Shown here: positions 17,301 to 25,195 of the stretch, piece by piece
Layout: every line of letters begins with the position of its first letter
How positions within the stretch are numbered: the first letter of the stretch is position 1
NCBI GenBank assembly: GCA_020353515.1
Contig: CP070695.1
Location: 928,299-992,298 of the forward strand
Direction of reading: 5' to 3'
DNA length: 64,000 bases
DNA from: Candidatus Heimdallarchaeota archaeon
GTDB taxonomy: Archaea; Asgardarchaeota; Heimdallarchaeia; Hodarchaeales; Hodarchaeaceae
Position numbers and translations under genes: made by a program
Notes under the pieces: model-generated
Databases searched by the model: none
What the model saw: the letters and a program-made list of their open reading frames with translations, nothing else
What the model was told of the DNA's origin: nothing

Positions 17301-18028
17301 TCTTGGGTAGACTGACCAGCCATATCTGCAGCTTTTAAATTGAGTAAATTTGCATTATAGGCTATTCCTTTATATAATCCAGCCCCAGCAGCTATCCCAG
17401 CCACATGGGTACCATGTCCATGAAAATCTTGAGGGTCTTCTTCATTTTCAATAAAGGACTCTTCATATACAATTCGTCCTGAAAAGTCATGATTTGGAAG
17501 ATTTGAGCTAATACCAGAATCTATAATAGCAATTGTTACATTTGTACCATCAATCCCGTGATTCCATAATCTAGTAGCATTAATAATCTCTGAGGGGGGA
17601 ATATAACCAGATATTTGCTGTTCACTCTTGATTTGGGATTGAAATTGTTCTATAGAAGGAAGTACTTTGATTTCACGAGAAATGTGTAAGCGAGAAAATA
17701 ATTTGGGGTGTATTTTTTTGATTTGATGAAGTATTTTACTCGAGTAGGTGACGTAACCTACTGGAAAATTACGATAATAGTGTATTTTGGATGGGTTGAA
17801 TTGAGTTAAATCTCGAGTAATAGTGTTTTTCTCAGATGGATGATAAGAAAACAACAACTTAATTGATGAGGAATCTTGAACAATATTCTGGGGAAATATC
17901 TGAAAATCTTGGATACCAGTCTCATTTGAGGTTTGATGAGGCATAATATCGAAGGGTAGAATTACTGTAATACATAATAGACTAATTAAAACGAGTTGTA
18001 AGTTTCTCAAGGAAATCATTATTATCAA
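14336..18028 (-). CDS. Subtilisin-like serine protease (peptidase S8), 1230 aa, with a signal peptide, large C-terminal extracellular extension, TM helix and cytoplasmic zinc-ribbon tail
   Basis: The catalytic triad contexts are AIIDSGI (Asp), HGHGTHVAGI (His) and SGTSMATPVVSG (Ser). The N-terminus is hydrophobic: LVLISLLCITVILPF. The TM helix is PIFLLIFGVLAVAIISGAAILI. The tail ends KFCHNCGVVIIPGAKFCSMCGGQI. Confidence 0.85.
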   Translation of the reverse strand: MIIMISLRNLQLVLISLLCITVILPFDIMPHQTSNETGIQDFQIFPQNIVQDSSSIKLLFSYHPSEKNTITRDLTQFNPSKIHYYRNFPVGYVTYSSKILHQIKKIHPKLFSRLHISREIKVLPSIEQFQSQIKSEQQISGYIPPSEIINATRLWNHGIDGTNVTIAIIDSGISSNLPNHDFSGRIVYEESFIENEEDPQDFHGHGTHVAGIAAGAGLYKGIAYNANLLNLKAADMAGQSTQDVMLAAIDEAIHQEVDVISISIGFGRSSPWGSGDELTLAVDKAVDAGIVVVVAAGNEGSDDKLASIGSPASSKKVITVGATNGSSNVASYSSRGPSYDYKVDPDVVAPGTQIYAPLAPEGVLELAYESIVGVELGDYISLSGTSMATPVVSGAVALLKHQYPQITPSAIRAALQETAVDLQESQYTQGSGLINVGMASTILEQSEQIGGFDLISSLPKARSDKPIEFAERITFPGDQTQIKLSFLTGIGGTISWNISDSIKKFIIFNSTNHVQSTAGYFEKYLNISIPLDSIPGNYQGSLDYTFLDTTYSIPISLTITNPKSKLYWDTFYTGKDDSAFFNYRELDEFMVSNLKFDMNQYETALTWQNMSQNDILVLTDLEYPISERELNYISKFHNQNGSILLITSVFPYFNPDPYSRVVKTLGIPLDFFDRLDLVDYVDDGRNRDPIPLDPEKEIIWEIGNPFFEKVDLMPFKQGTAFKVDQDASNLKYQAWIDNQSNLVAAAYEPVSKGKVLILGSEYWFSSSFLSTNDGQNFTKNVFNWLKPETGLVVNSQITPSHQLEISAYYSDQSPLSIVLSFSNGSSPLENSFLYNTTLQHHRLVVDLGENQNQRISVSIKNGTMILKEFDIFDIVILPEVKDIQIDFSASSNVLIPSWAEEDSYDSIIDQGINFTLTHSESSSVQSILLISSQFEDTLEVIIPPLKAMKEIILETELLNNSGTQQTLSWSIPENYSTGYYSFDIQVWSKIRSNDSILLKIERGSFFIPDPVPSLDVRSTIGGNPLSYYREIELVSDIPTWNPGDTIELRLIGQDDNSDEFIMHLQFIHLYFWYADRTVLDHFEIPQSSTNSSENIGTFTVPTNPIPIPDFEGYQLEINNQLFVLLIFVRDTQGNYDIEIVFFLVSTSINIDPIFLLIFGVLAVAIISGAAILIRKRTSYRTSPYSVMETYPTRYYPSTSERTPEVRKFCHNCGVVIIPGAKFCSMCGGQI

Positions 18029-18207
18029 GCCTTATGAAAATCAATCGTAACGCGATATATAATGTTATTTTTACGTCAACAAGAAGATATAAGAAAGGGG
18101 TTAATTTGATAATTACTTAGGGTTTAATCCGTATTAGTCAATATTCTTAGCTTCTCTATAACATAATTACTCTGTAAAAAGAAATGGTTGTTTAAAAATA
18201 ATTATAT

Positions 18208-19305
18208 TTGGAGCATTCTATCATGATTGACGAAAAAGACTTCTTAGATCTTTATATTCCAGGACCAGTTAATGTGTCAAAAGCCTGTAGAGAGAAATTA
18301 GCTTTACCTATGATTGCCCATCGCAGTGAGACTATGGGAGAATTACACCAAGATATTGCTTCTTATCTGCAAAAAATGCTTTTTACAGATAATCAAATCA
18401 TATTATCTACGTCTTCCTCCACAGGATTAATGGAAGCCGCCATTCGAAACTGCGTACATGAAAAAGGTGTGTTAAATGTCCTTAATGGAGCATTTGCCGA
18501 ACGTTGGCACGCTATAGCGCAGATGAATGGAAAAAAAGCTGATACTTTGAATGTAGATTGGGGTAAAGCTGTTTCACCTCAAGAATTGAATGAAAAATTA
18601 GATGAAAAAGAATACGATGCTGTTTGTATTACACAGAATGAAACCTCTACAGGTGTAACAACTCCAATTAAAGATTTATATAAGATCATTAAAGACCATG
18701 ATTGTTTATTACTTGTAGACGCTGTTTCATCTGCAGGAGGTGTCGAAACACGTGTTGACGATTGGGAAATTGATGTTTACCTTTTTGGATTACAGAAATG
18801 TATGGCTCTCCCTCCTGGTCTAGCTGTTGCCTCAGTGTCAGATACAGCGCTGAAGATGGCTGAGACAGTACCAAATAGAGGATGGTATTTCGATTTCCTT
18901 TATCTTAAAAAGTACCATGACAGGAATGGTATGCAGCCTGCGACTCCTGTAACTCCCATATACTACGCGCTTCAATATCAACTTCATAAAATAGTAGATA
19001 TAGAAGGAATTGAGAATCGTTGGGCAAGACATTCGGAAATGGGAGAATATACCCGAAACTGGGTAAAAAACAAAAAACTTACATTATTCGCTGATAAAGC
19101 TGTTGCATCAAACACTGTAACATGTGTGAATAGTCTTGGTGTAAATGTAACACAATTGAAAGCGGATCTTATGAAACAAGGATATTTGTTTGCTACAGGT
19201 TATGGAAAATTCAAAGAAAAGAATTTCCGAATAGCACATATGGGGGACCGAAACTTGAATGAATTGAAAACATATTTACAAACAATTGACGAGTTAATTT
19301 CCTAA
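18208..19305 (+). CDS. Class V PLP-dependent aminotransferase (serine/alanine-glyoxylate or phosphoserine aminotransferase family)
   Basis: YIPGPVNVS...HRS, NETSTGV, VDAVSSAGG, and the PLP-lysine context FGLQKCMALPPGL. The start could be the TTG at 18208 or the ATG at 18223. Confidence 0.8.
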   Translation: MEHSIMIDEKDFLDLYIPGPVNVSKACREKLALPMIAHRSETMGELHQDIASYLQKMLFTDNQIILSTSSSTGLMEAAIRNCVHEKGVLNVLNGAFAERWHAIAQMNGKKADTLNVDWGKAVSPQELNEKLDEKEYDAVCITQNETSTGVTTPIKDLYKIIKDHDCLLLVDAVSSAGGVETRVDDWEIDVYLFGLQKCMALPPGLAVASVSDTALKMAETVPNRGWYFDFLYLKKYHDRNGMQPATPVTPIYYALQYQLHKIVDIEGIENRWARHSEMGEYTRNWVKNKKLTLFADKAVASNTVTCVNSLGVNVTQLKADLMKQGYLFATGYGKFKEKNFRIAHMGDRNLNELKTYLQTIDELIS

Positions 19306-19454
19306 TCATTCGGAAGAAAACCGCTAGATTACAACAAAAGGTGAAAACTTAAAATAGTACACTAATTATATCGTGTAGATACTGTTATCCTAACACAAGT
19401 GTTTAAGAAGATTAACTCATTTTTTACCCAGTTAGGTTTAGTGAGGGCTATAAT

Positions 19455-21782
19455 TTGGCCGAGATGTATGACGCAATTATCTTGGGGAAAGTAAATCCGT
19501 TTCGATCTACTTCAGTTGGTGATCCTTGGCAAGCCGAAGTGATTGATGTCCCAGAGATAAATCGTAAGGCTAGTCGTGTTGTCCTTGAAACTCTAGATGA
19601 AGTAAGATCCACAGGACGATCTGGGATGTGCATGATCTTAGGGGATGCTGGAGTTGGTAAGACCCATATTTTAGCGCGTTTAAGAAGAATTGCTAAGGAA
19701 AGTGACTATTTATTCATCAGTATCCGACCTTTAGGAGATTTACAAAGAATTTATGGTCATATATTGCAAGAAATCATGATAAGTTTGCGTAAAAAGGGAG
19801 TAGAAGAAGAATATAGTCCTCTTGAACGATTTATTGGTGAAATTGTATCGAGAGCTCTCAGTGATGGCCTTCCAGACAATCCTATGGCAAGTAGTTTAGC
19901 TGACTCATTTAGTCAGGATCCAATGAAAATTTTCACATTTAAACCTGAGAAATTCTATTCTACTAATTTAAGGAAAATGGCTATTAATTATCTTGCCAAT
20001 ATTCATCCTGATGTAGATATTCAATTTCTTGAAGTGTTATTCCACACACTGAATCCTACTATAAGATCCACAGCATTTAAATGGTTATCTGGGATTGAAG
20101 TATCAGAAGAAGATCTAAAACGCTTAGAAGTTCCTAATTCTATTAATACAGAAAGTCGTGCTCTATCCATACTTCAAACTATTTCAGCACTTGCTAGAAA
20201 ACCAATTTTATTAAGCTTTGACCAATTAGAATCGATTTACATCCGTTTTAAGAGAGATAATGGTATTCAACTCTTATTTGATTCATTAACCAACCTATAC
20301 AATCAGTGCCCACATCTTCTTGTCTTAGCAATGGTACAGTCCGTTGTTTGGAAAGAATCTATTCAAAATGACATTCCAGAATATTCACGACAAAGAATTG
20401 ACTACATTACAACACTTGAACGGTTAGATTCTAAAACAGCAGGATTACTTGCAATAGCAAGACTTGATACTCTTTTTCGTGACTCAGGTATCTCACCTCC
20501 ATTTCCAACGTATCCATTCTCTGAGGAATACATAACAATTGCAAATAAAAATACTAATGGAAATCCACGTCTTTTTCTACGTCATCTAAGAGATAGATTA
20601 AATGAATTTAAAGATCGAGGACATATACGAAAACTAACGATTTCTGATATTGAATCAGAAGCGAAAGAAGAAGCTGTAGCTGTGGCTGGAGTCCCACCAA
20701 TGACTCCTGATAAAATCGTCACTCCAACTGAACTCCCAGAAATCACTACTAAAGAAGAAAGTACTAAACCAATTATCGATCTGAAACCTGAAGAGATTGA
20801 TGCGCTTTCAGAATTATTTTCAGATCTTGAAAAACCCATGACACAACCAACGTCTAGCGTGACAGCTACGCCCACGTTTATTGAACCTTCAGAGACTGTC
20901 CCAATTTCCCCAGTAGTTTCTACTTCTAGCGAGATTATAGGCTTTTTAGAAAAAAAATGGGCTCAATACGCCCGTGAGTTTGAACACGAGATTTTCGCAT
21001 TCCCACATCCTGTTCGCCGTGATTTTCTAAAAGGAGTTTTATATGATATTCTGAACACTTCTATTGACCGTCATCAACCCGTGTATGGATTAACAATTCT
21101 TAATGTCAGGATTGATCGACAGCTCATTGAAAAGGATACGAAAGGACTGGATCTTGTCTTTACTTATCAAACTCCTAGAGGTCCGACATCTGTAGGGATT
21201 GAGATAAATAATTCCGAACATTCTGCTACTGTCTTCCAAAGTCTCAGGCGATTGAAAAAATTGGTTCGGGGTAACATCCGCTATGCATTCATTCTTCGTG
21301 ATGAAGAGCTATCCTTACAACGAACAGCAACAAAAACTCTTGATCTCGCTGAATCTCTAACCGAACATGGAGGACTATATTATATCGACTTTATGTCAAA
21401 CCAAGCGCTTTTGGCAACCAAAAAATTAATAGAAATGGCTTCAGCTGGAGATCTGGCTGTTGGAACTCATATTGTAACCAGAAATGAAGTATTAACATTT
21501 GTTTTCGAAGAATGTCTCAATCGGATAATAATTTTTCAAACCATTTTTGGACATCTTAGTACTATTGAAAGTGGCCCTCGTGCAGTAGCTACTGAACGAA
21601 TTTCAGAATCCTCAGAAGCTATTGAAGCTATTATTTCTATTTTGAAATTTAATCCAGCTATGACAACTGATCGACTCTGTTTGTTGTTGAATCGAAATGA
21701 AAATGAAATAGTCCCCGTCCTGAAAATGCTTGCCATTCGTGGAATGATTTCATTTGATGGGAAGAATATCCATTTACTCTAA
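19455..21782 (+). CDS. Large P-loop NTPase (AAA_16/AAA_22/ORC- or BrxD-like layout) with a Pro/Thr/Glu-rich linker, an uncharacterised C-terminal domain and a terminal winged helix
   Basis: Walker A is ILGDAGVGKTHILARL. A Walker-B-like PILLSFDQLES follows. The low-complexity linker is VPPMTPDKIVTPTELPEITTKEESTKP...TSSVTATPTFIEPSETVPISPVVSTSS. The C-terminus AIISILKFNPAMTTDRLCLLLNRNENEIVPVLKMLAIRGMISF is wHTH-like. An alternative ATG start lies at 19464. Confidence 0.55.
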   Translation: MAEMYDAIILGKVNPFRSTSVGDPWQAEVIDVPEINRKASRVVLETLDEVRSTGRSGMCMILGDAGVGKTHILARLRRIAKESDYLFISIRPLGDLQRIYGHILQEIMISLRKKGVEEEYSPLERFIGEIVSRALSDGLPDNPMASSLADSFSQDPMKIFTFKPEKFYSTNLRKMAINYLANIHPDVDIQFLEVLFHTLNPTIRSTAFKWLSGIEVSEEDLKRLEVPNSINTESRALSILQTISALARKPILLSFDQLESIYIRFKRDNGIQLLFDSLTNLYNQCPHLLVLAMVQSVVWKESIQNDIPEYSRQRIDYITTLERLDSKTAGLLAIARLDTLFRDSGISPPFPTYPFSEEYITIANKNTNGNPRLFLRHLRDRLNEFKDRGHIRKLTISDIESEAKEEAVAVAGVPPMTPDKIVTPTELPEITTKEESTKPIIDLKPEEIDALSELFSDLEKPMTQPTSSVTATPTFIEPSETVPISPVVSTSSEIIGFLEKKWAQYAREFEHEIFAFPHPVRRDFLKGVLYDILNTSIDRHQPVYGLTILNVRIDRQLIEKDTKGLDLVFTYQTPRGPTSVGIEINNSEHSATVFQSLRRLKKLVRGNIRYAFILRDEELSLQRTATKTLDLAESLTEHGGLYYIDFMSNQALLATKKLIEMASAGDLAVGTHIVTRNEVLTFVFEECLNRIIIFQTIFGHLSTIESGPRAVATERISESSEAIEAIISILKFNPAMTTDRLCLLLNRNENEIVPVLKMLAIRGMISFDGKNIHLL

Positions 21783-21807
21783 CGAAATTACTTATTCTCA
21801 AGAAAAT

Positions 21808-22272
21808 TTACGCAAAATTTAGGGGCCATGGTTTTAAAGTCCATTGTTGCCGAGGACCACTTCCCTGTAAATAGACATACCCCTTTTCTGATATTATTTC
21901 TAGACAGGAGAGGATTTCTTCAATTTCATCCCTTCCAAGTGATGTTACCTTTGCTAGTTCCTCAATGCTTTGTGACTCATCAATGAGAGCCTCGATCGTT
22001 GATAAGAATTGTTGAATGTATTTAACCCGGAAGTTTTTTGAGGGTGGATCAGAATCTTCTTTTTTCCTAATAATTCTCCAATTTCCTGTGTTAGATACAA
22101 TTTTCCCATAATGAGTTAAATAGGACAACATCCGAGCCACTTCAGAAGCATCTGATGTACAGGAACCAATGGCTTTCGCAATTTGCCAAGAAGAAAGTGC
22201 ATCTTCTTTTTCTAAAGCTTCTATGACACTTAAGAAATATTTGAAAGGAAATTTTGTCTGATCAAGAATCAC
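21808..22272 (-). CDS. Small protein with two winged-helix-like segments (putative DNA-binding)
   Basis: SVIEALEKEDALSSWQIAKAIG...VARMLSYLTHYGKIV and STIEALIDESQSIEELAKVTSLGRDEIEEILSCLEIISEKGYV. Convergent with the ATPase gene. Confidence 0.4.
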   Translation of the reverse strand: MILDQTKFPFKYFLSVIEALEKEDALSSWQIAKAIGSCTSDASEVARMLSYLTHYGKIVSNTGNWRIIRKKEDSDPPSKNFRVKYIQQFLSTIEALIDESQSIEELAKVTSLGRDEIEEILSCLEIISEKGYVYLQGSGPRQQWTLKPWPLNFA

Positions 22273-22284
22273 TTGTTTTCAAAC

Positions 22285-23109
22285 CTAACTGTTTTCTTTG
22301 TTTTCAGGTATTGAAGGTCTGTAACCCTCCAGATCCAGTGTAACAAAAGAATAGCCTAAAGAATGTAGCTTTTCCACAATCTGATTTATAGTGTCTTTCT
22401 CTAAAAGAGTGGTAAAATCTTTTGAATCAATTTCTATACGTACAATTGTGTTGTGATCACGAAGTCTTAATTGCCGAGAAAAACCTAATTCACGTAAGAA
22501 CTTTTCCCCTTCCTCCACTCTGGTTAGTTTTTCTAATGTTATCTTCTCTCCATATGGAATACGAGAAGCAAGACACGCCATTGCTGGTTTATTAGCTATA
22601 GGCAGGTTATTATGCATTGCAATTTGTCTAACTTCCTCCTTGGTTATATTTCCTTGTAATAATGGACTATGTATGCCCAATTGTTTTAGAGCTTTCAATC
22701 CAGGTCTATGACCAATTATATCTGATGCATTGGTACCATCAACAACAATGTCGAATCCTTTTTGACTGCAGTACTCCAATAAACGAGAAAAAATAAATAA
22801 TTTACAGTGAAAACAACGATCTGGAGGATTATCCCAAAGGTGTTTCTTAATATTAACTTTTAGTATGTCATGAGGGATTTTCAAATACTCACTAATGGCT
22901 TGCGCTTCTTCAATCTCATAGTCAGATATCCATTCTGAAATTACAGTAATCAACAATATATCTTTGCATACCTTTTGAGTGAGATGGGCAACTACAGTAG
23001 AATCAACTCCTCCTGAAAAGGCAATAATAACTGATTTACCCTTCAAAGAAACCATACTATCATGGATTTTCTTTTTTAAATCCTTGTCCATGAATATTTC
23101 ACTACTCAA
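22285..23109 (-). CDS. larE: PP-loop ATP pyrophosphatase of the LarE family (ATP-dependent sulfur transferase-like)
   Basis: PP-loop AFSGGVDSTVVAHL. The conserved Cys context is PAMACLASRIPYGEKIT. Size is about 270 aa. Confidence 0.7.
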   Translation of the reverse strand: MSSEIFMDKDLKKKIHDSMVSLKGKSVIIAFSGGVDSTVVAHLTQKVCKDILLITVISEWISDYEIEEAQAISEYLKIPHDILKVNIKKHLWDNPPDRCFHCKLFIFSRLLEYCSQKGFDIVVDGTNASDIIGHRPGLKALKQLGIHSPLLQGNITKEEVRQIAMHNNLPIANKPAMACLASRIPYGEKITLEKLTRVEEGEKFLRELGFSRQLRLRDHNTIVRIEIDSKDFTTLLEKDTINQIVEKLHSLGYSFVTLDLEGYRPSIPENKENS

Positions 23110-24176
23110 TTAGTATTAACCTTTGAAACACCGGAAACTACCTGTGCAATATGCGTTTGAGCACCAACTTGTTGAAGTGCTCGACTTACACTTTCTTCAT
23201 GACCAGGACAGAAAGCAATCATACACCCACCATTGCCTGATCCTGTAATTTTGCAACCTAAGGCACCAGCTTTCAAGGCTGCTTCAATCATTTTGTCAAT
23301 TTTTGGAGTACTTATCCTTATGTAATCTCGAAGCGACGTATGGTGTTGATTCATTAAATAACCAATATATTTTTCATCCCTAACATTAGAAGGCTTTTTT
23401 AACTCTGAATGAGCTTTTTTCGTTATTTCAAAGTTCATAACAGCAGCTATGAGTGCATTGAGGGAGAATTCATCTAATAAACCTTCAACTGGCTTTATCT
23501 CTTTAACATCCTCAATTGTTAATTCTCGTACCTTTGATACTCCCATATATTTCAATCCCCGCTTTACTCCATTCTTAATGGTAGCCAAAGTCGTCAAAGT
23601 ATCTTTCCTTTCTAAAGAATTTCCTATTACTATTCCAGGAAATCTCGATAAGAGAGGAGTACATTTGATTGGGTCAAATTCTTCAAAATTTATGTAACCA
23701 TGAGCAATGACCATATGATCCTGCATACCTCCTGGTTCATTAAATTCCAAAACTTCAGCTCGATGGGCAAATTTGGTGATTTCCATTGGGGTTAAAGGAT
23801 TATTAAAAAGCTCAGCAAGAAAGGAGATCCAAATTACGCATAATGCGCTTGAAGAGGATAAACCCGCCTGCATTGGGATATCGCTTGTAATTCTAGCTGA
23901 AGCACCTTCATCATCAGGGATGATGCCATTTTCTTGCAGAACTTTCACTCCAGATCGCAAATAATCTCGAGATGACTGATATGTGACATTAATTGCAGAA
24001 AAAACTTGTCTATCTTGAATATCTGGTAAATCGATATTAAATTTAGTTGAATTTGCTTTCCTCCCCTTTATGGTCATATACAAATCTACTGCAGCAGGAA
24101 TTACTGGAAGTCCAAGATAATCCTGATGTTCTCCAAATAATACAATCCTTCCAGGAGCCTTAATGGTCAAATCCAT
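23106..24176 (-). CDS. GHMP-family sugar kinase, galactokinase-like
   Basis: The galactokinase-type N-terminal signature is APGRIVLFGEHQDYLGLPVIPAAV. The GHMP motif is PMQAGLSSSSAL and the C-terminal motif is KITGSGNGGCMIAF. There is a 4-nt ATGA-type overlap with the downstream LarE-like gene. Confidence 0.75.
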   Translation of the reverse strand: MDLTIKAPGRIVLFGEHQDYLGLPVIPAAVDLYMTIKGRKANSTKFNIDLPDIQDRQVFSAINVTYQSSRDYLRSGVKVLQENGIIPDDEGASARITSDIPMQAGLSSSSALCVIWISFLAELFNNPLTPMEITKFAHRAEVLEFNEPGGMQDHMVIAHGYINFEEFDPIKCTPLLSRFPGIVIGNSLERKDTLTTLATIKNGVKRGLKYMGVSKVRELTIEDVKEIKPVEGLLDEFSLNALIAAVMNFEITKKAHSELKKPSNVRDEKYIGYLMNQHHTSLRDYIRISTPKIDKMIEAALKAGALGCKITGSGNGGCMIAFCPGHEESVSRALQQVGAQTHIAQVVSGVSKVNTN

Positions 24177-24272
24177 CTAAATTCTCACAGTATTAGGAAC
24201 TTTAAATCTTATTTAAAATTATAGGTTTCCTATAAATTCAAAGTACCCCTCATCCCTCTATCTCACAAAATT

Positions 24273-24317
24273 TGAATAAAGTCGGCTGGATCCGAGAGAA
24301 GATGAATAAAGTCGGCT
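24273..24317. repeat. Perfect 15-bp direct repeat TGAATAAAGTCGGCT x2 with a 30-bp period in a divergent intergenic region; possible operator
   Basis: The copies lie at 24273-24287 and 24303-24317, between the GHMP kinase start (24176, minus) and the first Mrr-like gene (24498, plus). Confidence 0.6.
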
Positions 24318-24497
24318 TATTTACCGAATTAATCCTGTTTTATTTTAAAAATCTAAGTCAGTATTTAATTTGTAGTACTTAGGTTCTTATCCTAGGAAGA
24401 ATATTTATTTAAACTGGAAATCCATATTTCTATGTACCATATATAGGAATATAAGGAAGGATTCTTTGTCATTGAAAAACTATTTTGAGATTGCAAC

Positions 24498-24881
24498 ATG
24501 ACCAATGACTTCATTAACCAACCATTAAACGATCTAGTTTCAAAGGTATTTGAGAGCTTGGGATTTGTCACCCTCCATCCAATGCAGGTATTAAAACATC
24601 CTCTGGCTGATTCTCGCTTATCCTTTGTATTAAAGCGTGTCAATTCAAAATCAGAGTATATTGGAGTTATTGTTAGGGATTGGAAGCGAGTGGTGGGAGT
24701 AGGCCAAATTCATAAAGCAGAAGAACTTATTCAAGCATGTCCTGAACTATCTCAAGTATTAATTGTGTCTTCAATGGGATTTTCTTTCAGTGCTTCACGC
24801 CTCGCAGAGAAAGTAGGTTTAGGTTTGATCTCAAGGGGAGAATTAGTATCTCTTTTACAAAGAGGTATTGAAGCTTTATGA
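24498..24881 (+). CDS. Small stand-alone restriction-endonuclease-fold (Mrr_cat-like) protein, tandem paralog A
   Basis: VFESLGFVT...HPLADS...YIGVIVRDWKR...VLIVSSMGFSFSASRLAEK..GLISRGELVSLL fits the Mrr catalytic-domain layout (D ... D/E-x-K, then a C-terminal 'L I . . . E L' strand-helix). Confidence 0.55.
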   Translation: MTNDFINQPLNDLVSKVFESLGFVTLHPMQVLKHPLADSRLSFVLKRVNSKSEYIGVIVRDWKRVVGVGQIHKAEELIQACPELSQVLIVSSMGFSFSASRLAEKVGLGLISRGELVSLLQRGIEAL

Positions 24882-25195
24882 AAATGTTGATACACTAATA
24901 TTGACCGATAAGATTATCTATAAACGAAAATGGTCTGATTTTTACAGAGATTGTTATTCTACTTATTACTGAAAGAAATCAAAAAAAATTTCATTTAAAA
25001 TCATGAATTCAACTGTACCTATTTATGTCGGCATCGAGGGGGAATTACTGTTTTAGGCCGTTGTGTTTTCTTTTTTATTTCGTCAAATTATTGTTATTCA
25101 TGTATTCACTCAATTTATCTTATTTAGGTATTATGGGTAATTAAATACTCTAATTACTTGTTTATCCTAAATATAATTTATACAGGGATTGAATC

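Noticed and set aside
24392-24643. 83-aa minus-strand ORF overlapping the start of the first Mrr-like gene
   Set aside because: It overlaps a gene whose paralog 700 bp away confirms the plus-strand frame. The remainder is AT-rich intergenic DNA.
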